From a virus (Duplodnaviria > Caudoviricetes): a stretch of DNA of 64,000 bases. The position numbers and the translations under genes are program-made. The stretch is taken from IMG/VR virus record IMGVR_UViG_2585428004_000001, positions 55,987 to 119,986 of that record. The stretch is one strand, 5' to 3'. Shown here piece after piece: positions 1 through 8,599 of the stretch. The notes under the pieces were generated by a model. The model saw only the letters and a program-made list of their open reading frames with translations. It did no database searches and was not told where the DNA came from. The first letter of the stretch is position 1, and every line of letters begins with the position of its first letter.

Positions 1-45
1 GATGACTTTGCATTCCCTTGGTTAGATGAAGAGGACGACATTTAA
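1..45 (+). CDS. 3' end of an upstream gene (..DDFAFPWLDEEDDI*), possibly ribonucleotide reductase beta subunit
   Basis: Open frame from base 1 to TAA at 43-45. The acidic/aromatic tail is like NrdF C-termini, and a thioredoxin-like gene follows. Confidence 0.4.
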   Translation, partial: DDFAFPWLDEEDDI

Positions 46-60
46 AACTAAACAAACAGA

Positions 61-339
61 ATGGAGAATACGATGAAATTAATTAAATTTGAACAATCAG
101 ACTGCACACCTTGTAAGATGTTAAAAGAGTTTATGGAAGGATTAGGAGTTGAGGCTGACAAAGTAGTTAACCTTACAACTGCTACAGAAATGGAAGACTT
201 CATGTTGGCAAGTAAGCATGGTATTGAGAAGACTCCAGTTCTTCTAATTGAAGACGACAATGGTAAAGAGATTGCTCGCTATAAAGGTGTAGGTCAAACT
301 GGAGTTAAAGCAATCCTTGTTCAACGTGGCTTAATATAA
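61..339 (+). CDS. Thioredoxin/glutaredoxin-like redoxin (NrdH-like)
   Basis: CTPC motif and cis-Pro motif (KTPVL). The start may be the second Met at 73, after GGAGA. Confidence 0.85.
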   Translation: MENTMKLIKFEQSDCTPCKMLKEFMEGLGVEADKVVNLTTATEMEDFMLASKHGIEKTPVLLIEDDNGKEIARYKGVGQTGVKAILVQRGLI

Positions 340-406
340 AACAAAACCATTAAAATAGGGGAGCTTATCTCCCCTTGTACATAACAAACAAGGAGGATTA
401 CCAATC

Positions 407-703
407 ATGGCAAGAAGAACAATTCGACAAAACGTAGAGTCAATTTTAAGCAGGAATGAACGTGCAAGAGGGGATGACAAAGCCCTATTAGTAGCTTATT
501 GGAAAGAAATCGATGGCATTAACTTCAATAACTTTGAAGCAGAGTTTGTCCAAAAGGGAACTATGGCAGAGTCTATTCGTAGACAACGTCAATTAATTCA
601 AGAGGATGGTCGCTTCTTGCCAAGTGAGGAAATCATCGAGAAGCGCAAGGGAAGAGAGTTTGCCATGAGAGCATCCATTCTTCATAAAAGAGAAGCAATC
701 TAA
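407..703 (+). CDS. Hypothetical phage protein
   Basis: 98-aa ORF with AAGGAGG RBS. Confidence 0.8.
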   Translation: MARRTIRQNVESILSRNERARGDDKALLVAYWKEIDGINFNNFEAEFVQKGTMAESIRRQRQLIQEDGRFLPSEEIIEKRKGREFAMRASILHKREAI

Positions 704-716
704 AGGAGGATTTACA

Positions 717-971
717 TTGATTAAATTAATGAAGTGTAGATGCATAGAGGGTATCCGTGTAAGAAAGAATGGCACTTTTACCTTTGGCAAGGCTTATTGG
801 GGAAGAGTTGCAAAAGATGGAAGTGTAATGATGTTAAGCGATGAGAAGCAGTGGATTAGAGTATTTGAGCCTAAGATGAATACAGCTTTCCAACCTGTTC
901 TTAACTTTAGACTTCTATACAATAAGTTCCCAAAGAACAAAAAAGAACTAAAAGAATTAATCAGAAACTAA
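717..971 (+). CDS. Hypothetical phage protein
   Basis: TTG start with AAAGGAGG RBS, in operon order. Confidence 0.75.
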   Translation: MIKLMKCRCIEGIRVRKNGTFTFGKAYWGRVAKDGSVMMLSDEKQWIRVFEPKMNTAFQPVLNFRLLYNKFPKNKKELKELIRN

Positions 972-998
972 AACATACAAATCAGGAGGCAATTTATT

Positions 999-2030
999 AT
1001 GACAAACAGAACAGTTAAGGTATTAGATTCAATTAAGGTAAAGTTATTCACTCACACAGATTTAGATGGTATTGGTTGTGAAGTAGTAGGTCGTTTAGCA
1101 TTTAAGCAAATTGATGTAGAGCATTGTGACTATCATAACGTAGATGACAAGGTTAAGAACTTCTTAACAACTGGTGAGCATAAACGTTACGATATGGTTA
1201 TTATCACTGATATCTCAGTTAAAGAGCCAGTTGCAGATATGATTCAATCTACAATTGCTGAGAAGGTTGTTCTTCTAGACCATCATGAGACAGCTAAATG
1301 GATGAATCACAAGTATGAGTGGGCTAACGTTAGAGTAGAGGGTCGTAAAGGCAAGGATTCTGGAACAAACCTATTATTCGAACATCTATCAATGCACTAT
1401 GGTATGTTCCGCAATGAGAAGTATTACGATGCTCTATCAATCTTCGTTGAAAAGGTTCGTAGATACGATTGTTGGGAATGGAAGACAGCCTACAATGACA
1501 CAGATGCATTGTTATTAAACAATCTGTTGTATCTAATTGGTAGAAAGTCATTTGCAAATAAGTTCTATAATAAGTTCATGTACTCATCTCGATTTGTTTA
1601 CATGAGTGGTGATTGGACTGAGATGTTCGATAGTGCTGATAAAGCTGTTCTTGAAGTGGATAGAGAGAAAGCTAAAGCATACTTCGATAAGAAAGAGAAG
1701 CAAATGTTTACTGCTAATCTATTAGGACATAAAGTAGGGGTAGTATTCGCAGAGCAATATATCTCTGAATTAGGCAACATCTTAAATGAGCGACATAAGG
1801 ACTTAGACCTTATTGCAATCGTTGATATGGGTAGTAAGAAGGTCTCTTACAGAACAATTCACGACCATGTAAATGTATCTGCACTAGCTAAGACATTTGG
1901 TGGAGGCGGTCATGTAAAAGCCTCTGGTAGCGAGTTTGAAGTATCTCTTCAGAAACATATGTTTAAGTTAATCTTCGGCATTGGAGCGCTTTCAAAAGTT
2001 CGAAAATTGGTTGACATGTTCACTAAATAA
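999..2030 (+). CDS. DHH/DHHA1 family phosphoesterase (NrnB/oligoribonuclease-like)
   Basis: Motifs HTDLDG, ITD, DHH and C-terminal GGGH; AGGAGG RBS. Confidence 0.9.
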   Translation: MTNRTVKVLDSIKVKLFTHTDLDGIGCEVVGRLAFKQIDVEHCDYHNVDDKVKNFLTTGEHKRYDMVIITDISVKEPVADMIQSTIAEKVVLLDHHETAKWMNHKYEWANVRVEGRKGKDSGTNLLFEHLSMHYGMFRNEKYYDALSIFVEKVRRYDCWEWKTAYNDTDALLLNNLLYLIGRKSFANKFYNKFMYSSRFVYMSGDWTEMFDSADKAVLEVDREKAKAYFDKKEKQMFTANLLGHKVGVVFAEQYISELGNILNERHKDLDLIAIVDMGSKKVSYRTIHDHVNVSALAKTFGGGGHVKASGSEFEVSLQKHMFKLIFGIGALSKVRKLVDMFTK

Positions 2031-2039
2031 TGGTATCAT
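2011..2039 (+). promoter_or_regulatory. SigA-type promoter
   Basis: TTGACA-17-TATCAT with TG extension; a copy of the 13-bp motif follows at 2075. Confidence 0.6.
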
Positions 2040-2137
2040 TTAGAGTGAGGTAGGAATCTTTTTACTTCACTCTAAAACAAAACCATTGAAATTTTGAGTG
2101 AGGAGGATGATGTGTAAATAACAAAAGGAGAATGAAG

Positions 2138-2305
2138 ATGAACGTAACTAAAGAATGGACAACTACAGAGTTGATGGAGTTTTTAAACACATACAATAGA
2201 GTTCTTAAAACAAACCCACAGAATGCAATGCGATTGAAGTCACTGTATGTGAGCGCATTTGATGAGTTATCTAAACGTAGCAAGCTTTTAGCTATGCTGT
2301 ACTAA
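2138..2305 (+). CDS. Small hypothetical protein (55 aa, MNVTKEWTTTELMEF...)
   Basis: Read manually; AAGGAG RBS 7 nt upstream; below the ORF-track cutoff. Confidence 0.7.
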   Translation: MNVTKEWTTTELMEFLNTYNRVLKTNPQNAMRLKSLYVSAFDELSKRSKLLAMLY

Positions 2306-2322
2306 GGAGTGGGTTACTGATT

Positions 2323-2391
2323 ATGAAATTTATTGTTATGACTATTATAGGAATGCTGTTATTTATATCAAGTTGGTGTGTTAGAGACTAA
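2323..2391 (+). CDS. 22-aa hydrophobic peptide (MKFIVMTIIGMLLFISSWCVRD)
   Basis: Fills the gap between genes; single TM-like stretch; RBS spacing is long. Confidence 0.4.
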   Translation: MKFIVMTIIGMLLFISSWCVRD

Positions 2392-2403
2392 GGAGGGCTA
2401 AAG

Positions 2404-2685
2404 ATGAAAGTAGCGATTTGTGAGGCGAAGAGTAATTATACGATTGAAGCAGGTGATTTAATTATTGCAAAGCATATCAAAGGACATATTCTAAACTATT
2501 TAGTTATCAAGGAGAGAGATGAGTTAATGCCTAAGTATAGACTTCTAAATGTAGACTCATCTTTTATAATGGCTACCTTTTCTTCTGGGAGAACGAGTGA
2601 CGTTGTAACATATGTTACTAAGAGTCTTAAATGCGAAATCTTGAGTGTCATTCCTGCAAGCAAACTACAATTAGGATTAAAGTGA
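2404..2685 (+). CDS. Hypothetical phage protein
   Basis: 93-aa ORF with AAGGAGG RBS. Confidence 0.8.
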   Translation: MKVAICEAKSNYTIEAGDLIIAKHIKGHILNYLVIKERDELMPKYRLLNVDSSFIMATFSSGRTSDVVTYVTKSLKCEILSVIPASKLQLGLK

Positions 2686-2733
2686 CAACTAATAAAAGTT
2701 AAGTTTTAATAACTATTACAGAAGGGTAGGAGT

Positions 2734-3009
2734 ATGACGATGGGGAGTCCAATAGACGATATGCTTGCTAAGCAAAGAGAGATTGATGAAAAGCTATCTC
2801 CAAGCAAATATGAAATGCGTTATATTACTGACTATGCAAGAGTGATTTATGACAAGGCTCAACTTGTAAACAATGCTTCTGAAATGGCTCACCAAGGATT
2901 GATTGATTTTGAACTTGCTCAAAAAATCATGGATACGCAAAAGGAAAACATTAAAAGTGATATTAAGTATCTGCAAATTTACTTAGGAATTGACGAAAAG
3001 GATAATTAA
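2734..3009 (+). CDS. Hypothetical phage protein
   Basis: 91-aa ORF with RBS. Confidence 0.75.
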   Translation: MTMGSPIDDMLAKQREIDEKLSPSKYEMRYITDYARVIYDKAQLVNNASEMAHQGLIDFELAQKIMDTQKENIKSDIKYLQIYLGIDEKDN

Positions 3010-3036
3010 ACAAATCCATTAAAAGGAGGTGATACG

Positions 3037-3285
3037 TTGAAACTACAAGACCTTAATAAAGTATTTGAAGAGGCTAGAAAGGTTAATGCAAGTTACGCTG
3101 GAATAATAGTATTGCCAACAGAAGAGGCTATTATCTTCAGTAGCAAAGTATTCGATTACAAACAAGAATACATTAATGACGTTTACAATGAAAACCTGCA
3201 ATTAAAGCATGCTAAGCATGTTCAGATTGTTGATTGTGCTTATGGTAAGACTTATCACGATATTCAAGTTAAATTGAAACGATAG
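3037..3285 (+). CDS. Hypothetical phage protein
   Basis: TTG start with AAGGAGGTGA RBS. Confidence 0.8.
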   Translation: MKLQDLNKVFEEARKVNASYAGIIVLPTEEAIIFSSKVFDYKQEYINDVYNENLQLKHAKHVQIVDCAYGKTYHDIQVKLKR

Positions 3286-3294
3286 GAGATGCCT

Positions 3295-3402
3295 ATGAGA
3301 AAGAGAAGAATGAAAGCACGAAAGAGAGATTTTATCCTAGGAATGTTCGAAGGAGTATGGGACTTCTTATTCATAGTGATATTTGGGTGGTGGATGGGTT
3401 GA
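3295..3402 (+). CDS. Small basic/hydrophobic membrane peptide (35 aa, MRKRRMKARKRDFILGMFEGVWDFLFIVIFGWWMG)
   Basis: Read manually; AGGAG RBS; stop overlaps the TTG start of the next ORF. Confidence 0.6.
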   Translation: MRKRRMKARKRDFILGMFEGVWDFLFIVIFGWWMG

Positions 3403-3548
3403 AAACAGAATTTACTAGAGAAGAGTTAACATCTATGTTCAATGCTCTTATTAAACAAAGCGCTTCAAATATGGCGGTTGACAAGAACTTAGAGAGCGCT
3501 ACTAAGAAAGTAATGAATCTAATAACAATTATGGATTCAACAAAATAA
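3399..3548 (+). CDS. Small hypothetical protein
   Basis: Frame of the 3357..3548 ORF; the TTG at 3399 is coupled to the upstream stop. Confidence 0.55.
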   Translation: MKTEFTREELTSMFNALIKQSASNMAVDKNLESATKKVMNLITIMDSTK

Positions 3549-3565
3549 GAAAGGATGGGTAGTTC

Positions 3566-4135
3566 GTGAGTCGATTCTTAATCAACTATGATGAATTACC
3601 CATTTCAGTAAATAACTATATTAAACCGAGTGCAAGTGTTATAGGCGGTAAGGCAATCGTGCATATGTACGAAACAAGAGAGAGCAAGGATTGGAAAAAG
3701 AGATTCCAAGCTTATTTAAAGCGAGAAGTAGTTAAGCAGAAATGGGATAAGGATTCAACATCAAAAGGACATTGGTATCTAGACTGCGTATTCTATCAAG
3801 CTAGAACCAATCAAGATAATAATAACTATTATAAAATTCTATGTGATGCTCTTAGTGGCATTGCAATAGAAGATGACAAGAATATCTTGGTTCGAACACA
3901 ACGAATATTCTACGATTCGAAACAGCCAAAATTCGTTGCTGTATTGAGGCAAGTTGACTATAGAGGCGTATGGAAAGATGAGGAACACTATTCTAAATTC
4001 TTTGCAGATAACTGTATGCAATGTAAGAAGAATCATGAGAAGTGTACGATTCTAAAGAAGGCAAAGGAAGGTCGTATACAGACTGAATTGAAACAAGAGA
4101 ATATGTTCCAGACTTGTGAGAAAAGGAAGGTATAG
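3566..4135 (+). CDS. rusA: RusA-family Holliday junction resolvase with C-terminal Cys cluster
   Basis: D-x-x-N-x-x-K-x3-D-A-L..DD signature (QDNNNYYKILCDALSGIAIEDDKNI). Confidence 0.8.
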   Translation: MSRFLINYDELPISVNNYIKPSASVIGGKAIVHMYETRESKDWKKRFQAYLKREVVKQKWDKDSTSKGHWYLDCVFYQARTNQDNNNYYKILCDALSGIAIEDDKNILVRTQRIFYDSKQPKFVAVLRQVDYRGVWKDEEHYSKFFADNCMQCKKNHEKCTILKKAKEGRIQTELKQENMFQTCEKRKV

Positions 4136-4226
4136 TTCGTCTATAGCTTCCTTTTTATTATTTACTTATTTACTGTAACACTGTATAATGGTTACATAAG
4201 ACTTATACCATACACGGAGGATATAT

Positions 4227-4724
4227 ATGAAGAAAAAGATACTGATAGGGATTTTAATTGTAATCGCTGTCATAGGGGTTACCCTTGGGTTCTTAGTGAA
4301 CAAAGCAAGCAATATGAAGAATGAATTTACAAGCTTTAGAGAAGAGTTGGATAAGGACTTCTTTCCATTAATAGAGGATACTCATACGTACTTTGAAATT
4401 GTAATCAAAAAAGGCGAGTCTCATGGATTGGAGAGTTGGTATATTACAGGGGATGGAATGACTGAAAACCTCAAATACAATACGAGAATAAAAGAGATAA
4501 GAGATAAAATTATAAACAAAGATATTGAGAATAAAGATGCACTTGAATTGAAGAAGAATGTTCTAAACACACTGTCCTTAACAGAGTCAGCTTTAAAGGA
4601 TGTAAACACCTTCTACAAAAATGAAAACTCTCATTTATTATGGGATAAATTAAACGAAGATTTGGATAAGTTAACCAAGAACATAGATGAACAGAACAAG
4701 ATATTAGGAAAATATTACAAATAG
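4227..4724 (+). CDS. Membrane-anchored or secreted protein (moron-like)
   Basis: N-terminal basic + hydrophobic segment; preceded by a terminator hairpin and its own TTTACT-17-TATAAT promoter. Confidence 0.8.
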   Translation: MKKKILIGILIVIAVIGVTLGFLVNKASNMKNEFTSFREELDKDFFPLIEDTHTYFEIVIKKGESHGLESWYITGDGMTENLKYNTRIKEIRDKIINKDIENKDALELKKNVLNTLSLTESALKDVNTFYKNENSHLLWDKLNEDLDKLTKNIDEQNKILGKYYK

Positions 4725-4745
4725 AAGTTAGTAAAGGAGCAAGTC

Positions 4746-5171
4746 ATGATAACTGAACACAAAATAAACATTGAACTAACAGAAGAAGTATATGAGACTT
4801 GTTCCCATGCGATACAGACTAAGATGTGTTACAACAATGTGTTCAATGTCATGGGTTATTTCATGGATAAGTTTAGAAGTGGTGAGTGGAAAGTAGCATA
4901 TGGTTATTACACTGTAATTGAAAACATCATGGCAAGACATGCTTTCATTGTGGTGACTGAAACTGGAGATGCTATTGACCCAACTGCTCCAACACTGTCA
5001 TCTGGATATGAAGATAGGAAGTATATCTCATTTGCATTACTAGATGTAGATGAGTATCTAGACCTTATAGGAAAAGAAGATAGAGAGCCTGCGCTTTACA
5101 TGTCTCTAAGAGAGAAAGACAAGGAAGCACAAGAATGGGGTAGAGGACAAAACCTATTCATGTGTTCTTAA
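4746..5171 (+). CDS. Hypothetical protein
   Basis: 141-aa ORF with AAGGAG RBS. Confidence 0.8.
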   Translation: MITEHKINIELTEEVYETCSHAIQTKMCYNNVFNVMGYFMDKFRSGEWKVAYGYYTVIENIMARHAFIVVTETGDAIDPTAPTLSSGYEDRKYISFALLDVDEYLDLIGKEDREPALYMSLREKDKEAQEWGRGQNLFMCS

Positions 5172-5182
5172 TATAAAAATAA

Positions 5183-5215
5183 AAAGAAGAGGAGTCATTA
5201 AGACTTCTCTTTTTT
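5183..5215. terminator. Bidirectional intrinsic terminator
   Basis: Hairpin AGAGGAGTC-ATTAA-GACTTCTCT flanked by A and T runs. Confidence 0.7.
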
Positions 5216-5297
5216 GGCATTCGTACAATCGAAGTTTCCGCATCGATTGTACCCAATAGATTGTGTGTTTAGTGACACCGATTACCAGTATCTCTGA
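5183..5297 (-). ncRNA. Candidate sRNA (~110 nt)
   Basis: Minus-strand TTTACA-18-TACAAT promoter with TG extension (-10 at 5303-5308), internal hairpin GTACAATCGA/TCGATTGTAC, ends at the terminator, no ORF with RBS. Confidence 0.4.
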
Positions 5298-5626
5298 TAA
5301 GGATTGTAACATTTAACTATTACCAATGTAAATATGTTTTTCATATTTGTGAACTTTTTTCAATCGTTATAGAAAATGCGTTCACAATTAATGTGATTTT
5401 AGTCACACATCATTGACAACATTTTCCATCACATCTCAAAAGACAAGAATACTTTTCATAAAGAGACATGATACTTGAAGCATTCAAGCTCAACAACATT
5501 TATAAAAATCCATTTCATCTCATAATTATGAGTAATGTTAAGTAATTGAGATGGGATTTTCTTACATTTTACAACTGCCGATAATAAAGCTTATGTAAAC
5601 TAATTAAAAGTAAGTTCTAAAACAAA

Positions 5627-5747
5627 GTAAAAGCCTCCTGCGTTAACAGGAGACTGTTTTTATAATATGCATATTCTATTAATTGTTCAATTATCTAACT
5701 ATCCCTAACCTTGCGCAACCAGAGCGTCCTCTGGTGAATCGATTCCC
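5627..5747 (-). ncRNA. Candidate sRNA (~120 nt)
   Basis: Minus-strand TTGTAT-17-TATAAT promoter (5752-5780), hairpin ACCAGAG-GACG-CTCTGGT, terminator AGTCTCCTG/CAGGAGGCT-TTT. Confidence 0.45.
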
Positions 5748-5863
5748 AAACATTATATCATTTATGAGAGGAGTATACAATCCCCTTTTTACTGTATTAA
5801 TCTTCCAGTGGTGGAGTGTGATATTTCTTGCAATGTTCAGAATAGACATGTTACAATTAGCAT

Positions 5864-6000
5864 ATAATAAAAAGAACTCGATGCGCTAACATCGAGCCTT
5901 CTTACAACTAATCATAGCAGAGTGGTTAGTTCATCTAATAATTATTTGGAATCAGAAGAAGAACCATCGGCTTGGTCGGCAGAGTGGTTCTTTTTCTTTT
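5864..6000 (+). ncRNA. Putative antisense antitoxin RNA
   Basis: TTGCAA-18-TACAAT promoter with TG extension (5828-5857), convergent with the peptide gene; GAACCA..TGGTTC hairpin + T run near 5960-6000. Confidence 0.5.
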
Positions 6001-6082
6001 CCTGTTTTTCTAGGAACTTCACTGTGATGAATTGTGTCACACCTCTAGTTATTCCTTCGATAATCCAGTTAAAGAAATCCAT
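5942..6082 (-). CDS. Putative type I toxin peptide (46 aa, MDFFNWIIEGITRGVTQFITVKFLEKQEKKKNHSADQADGSSSDSK)
   Basis: Strong GGGAGGTGA RBS, own TGnTATAAT promoter (~6158), hydrophobic/amphipathic N-terminus with charged tail, convergent antisense promoter. Confidence 0.6.
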   Translation of the reverse strand: MDFFNWIIEGITRGVTQFITVKFLEKQEKKKNHSADQADGSSSDSK

Positions 6083-6390
6083 ATAGGTCACCTCCCTTCT
6101 CTTAAATTACAAGAAAAGGTAGATAATCCTTCCACCCTGCCAAAAGTTGTTAATTAATTATACCATAATATACTAAGACGTACTAGATATTCCAAGACAT
6201 TTAAGCGTATGGTACAATAGTAACGATTCGTCATTTAGATTTAGTTCTACACAAGAGCATCCTTTTGAGTCAAGGATGCTCTTGAATTTACATAATATTC
6301 AGAAATATCTTGAAAAATAAAACTCCTCCTCTTCATATCTAAATTCTATTATATAATTGAAGAAAAACATATATGGATGAGGAGGATACT

Positions 6391-7485
6391 ATGAACGTTT
6401 CAGTCAAAGGGAATGAACAGATTACTAATTTGTTAAACGACTGGTATGTAGAAATTCGTTCAAGGAATATTAACAGTGCTCACCGCTTAAAGTTAGAAAT
6501 CGACAAAAAGATTGATGATGTAGAAAATGACCAGTATCTACTATTATATTACTCTTTATTAGATTTTAGATATCAATATGTAATTGACAACCTAGGTGTC
6601 TCTGAAAATAGCTTTGATAAAATTGAATCCTTTGAAATTCCTACAGATAGCTTTCTATCCTATTATTATCATTTCTTTAAAGCAATTCATGCTAGTGGAA
6701 TTGGCAACTACATGATTGCGAGAGAGCATTTTGATAAGGCTGAGTTACTTTTAGAAACTATACCAGATGAAGTAGAAAAAGCTGAGTTTTATTATAAATT
6801 AGGAGCGTTTCATTTTGACATCTGCGAATCTCTTCAATCATTTAAGTACACAACTAAAGCGAAAGAGATGTTCTTACAACAAGGAAACTATGAGCGTAAT
6901 ATTGGTTTCTGCGAGAATCTTTTAGGAATGTCATGCGTTAGATTGAATGAATGGGCGTTGGCAGAGGAACATCTTGTTAAAGCAATGGATATATTCCAGA
7001 AGCTTAAAGAGGATACGTATATCTTGATGGTTCGCCACAACCTAGGATTTATGTATTCAAGTCAAAACCTTTCGGAATTAGCTATTAGATATTTGTCTGA
7101 GGTAACAAGTCAAAATCCTAGACATATTAAAGCCCTGTACCTTGAATCCAAAGAACGCTACAAATTAAATGAATTAAACATTGCAGAAGAACTTGCCAAT
7201 AAAGGGCATAGTATTTGTTGTGAATTAGGAAACATAGAGTATAGACATCATTTCTCTATTCTCAGAAATCTTATTAAAGATACATCTGCAGAAGAGTTAG
7301 AGACTGTAGTTTTGGAAGGAGTTTCTTATTTCAAAGACGAAGAATTATATGATTATATCCAAGAAAACCAAGAATATTTAGCTACTAAGTTTTACAAGGA
7401 AGATAATCACCTTAAAGCAAGCAAATACTTCTACCTAAGTTCACAGGCACGGCACAAGTCTAAGGAAAGGGAGGCTTTAAAATGA
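6391..7485 (+). CDS. rap: Rap-family response regulator aspartate phosphatase (TPR, RRNPP family)
   Basis: Rap N-terminus (LLNDWYVEIR..DQYLLLYYSLLDFRY) and TPR repeats (HNLG). The start at 6391 follows GAGGAGG; the ORF track gives 6373. Confidence 0.9.
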   Translation: MNVSVKGNEQITNLLNDWYVEIRSRNINSAHRLKLEIDKKIDDVENDQYLLLYYSLLDFRYQYVIDNLGVSENSFDKIESFEIPTDSFLSYYYHFFKAIHASGIGNYMIAREHFDKAELLLETIPDEVEKAEFYYKLGAFHFDICESLQSFKYTTKAKEMFLQQGNYERNIGFCENLLGMSCVRLNEWALAEEHLVKAMDIFQKLKEDTYILMVRHNLGFMYSSQNLSELAIRYLSEVTSQNPRHIKALYLESKERYKLNELNIAEELANKGHSICCELGNIEYRHHFSILRNLIKDTSAEELETVVLEGVSYFKDEELYDYIQENQEYLATKFYKEDNHLKASKYFYLSSQARHKSKEREALK

Positions 7486-7616
7486 AGAAAATAGCATTAG
7501 GCTTAATGGGCATTCTAACAGTTTTAACTATCACAGTTAGCGCTTATAGCTCAACAGATGGCACTCAGAACATAACTACTGTTATGAGAATGGAACACGG
7601 AGACCATGGCGGTTGA
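7482..7616 (+). CDS. phr: Phr signalling pre-peptide (44 aa, ends MEHGDHGG)
   Basis: ATGA overlap with the rap stop; signal-peptide N-terminus; C-terminal GDHGG resembles B. cereus-group Phr peptides. Confidence 0.85.
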   Translation: MKKIALGLMGILTVLTITVSAYSSTDGTQNITTVMRMEHGDHGG

Positions 7617-7623
7617 TAGCCCT

Positions 7624-7655
7624 AAAGCCACTCTTAATACTAAGAGTGGCTTTAT
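7624..7655. terminator. Bidirectional terminator between convergent phr and late genes
   Basis: AAAGCCACTCTTA-ATAC-TAAGAGTGGCTTT. Confidence 0.75.
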
Positions 7656-7683
7656 TTGTCTCGTGTCGTAAATTTTCAGAGGT

Positions 7684-8169
7684 CTATTTGGAAGATATAT
7701 ACTTTAGGAGATCATACAATTGGTTAGGAGTCATATCGATTCCATAAGAACCACCTTTGATACATAACTCTTCTAGAACTCCTGCTTCTTCCAGAACAGC
7801 AAAGACCAGTTCAGAGCATATATAGTTATTAGGATTATTAAATCTATTCTTCCCTTTCAATCTCAATAACTTGCTAATCATGTACCAGATGATTTGCATG
7901 TAATCATACTTCTTACCTACCATCTTTGAACCCATAGCAACTACCTTGCTTCTCTCTTCCTTATTGAGACCTAAGTCAATTACTTCTATTATATTAAACT
8001 GAGTCTTATCAAATGGAACGATAGCTACTCTTGTATCAAAGTCAGCTTCTAAAATATGAGTTCCAGACATAGCAATTGCCACATGACTGAATGTTCCCTT
8101 GTCAAATAATCTAACAGCTTTTGATATAAAGCTTTTACCTTGTAAAAATACTACGTCACCTTGTTTCAC
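7684..8169 (-). CDS. Permuted papain-like NlpC/P60 enzyme (YaeF/YiiX family)
   Basis: GDVVF, FSHVAI, GKKYD and YICSELV motifs. Confidence 0.85.
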   Translation of the reverse strand: MKQGDVVFLQGKSFISKAVRLFDKGTFSHVAIAMSGTHILEADFDTRVAIVPFDKTQFNIIEVIDLGLNKEERSKVVAMGSKMVGKKYDYMQIIWYMISKLLRLKGKNRFNNPNNYICSELVFAVLEEAGVLEELCIKGGSYGIDMTPNQLYDLLKYISSK

Positions 8170-8240
8170 TTGGATATCTCCCTTCTATACAAATAAATGG
8201 AGAGGCGCATTCACCTCTCCATTTCAATGGTTTCGTTTTA

Positions 8241-8522
8241 TTATTTGCGCTTACGATACTTTAGCAATAGCATGAATTCAGTTGTACATAGGCTTAATGC
8301 AATCGTATTTGTAATCATAAATGCTCCTGCTGTGTGTAGCACGAACCACATATAGATAGCATAAGATTCCATGAACGCTACTCCAAGGCAGATAGAACCT
8401 AAGTACATGACACTGAAATCATCTACTGATTTTGTTTTAATGAATTTAATGATTTGAGGAATATATCCAAAACTTAGGATTAGTCCTCCGATTAGCTGTA
8501 AAATGTTGAATAGTTCTGTCAA
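8241..8522 (-). CDS. PQ-loop/SemiSWEET-like 3-TM membrane protein
   Basis: YIPQIIKFIKTKSVDDFS motif and three hydrophobic helices. Confidence 0.8.
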   Translation of the reverse strand: MTELFNILQLIGGLILSFGYIPQIIKFIKTKSVDDFSVMYLGSICLGVAFMESYAIYMWFVLHTAGAFMITNTIALSLCTTEFMLLLKYRKRK

Positions 8523-8599
8523 ATTAATTCTCCTCTGCTATATCATGATGAATGGGTATGAGCATGGCTTTAGCCACACTCATATAAGTTTATTTCTTA

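Noticed and set aside
5683-5889. 68-aa plus-strand ORF
   Set aside because: No RBS; it overlaps two promoter-like elements and a minus-strand RNA unit.
6391-7616. Arbitrium AimR/AimP system
   Set aside because: The N-terminal sequence and the GDHGG peptide match Rap-Phr, and no aimX-like arrangement follows.
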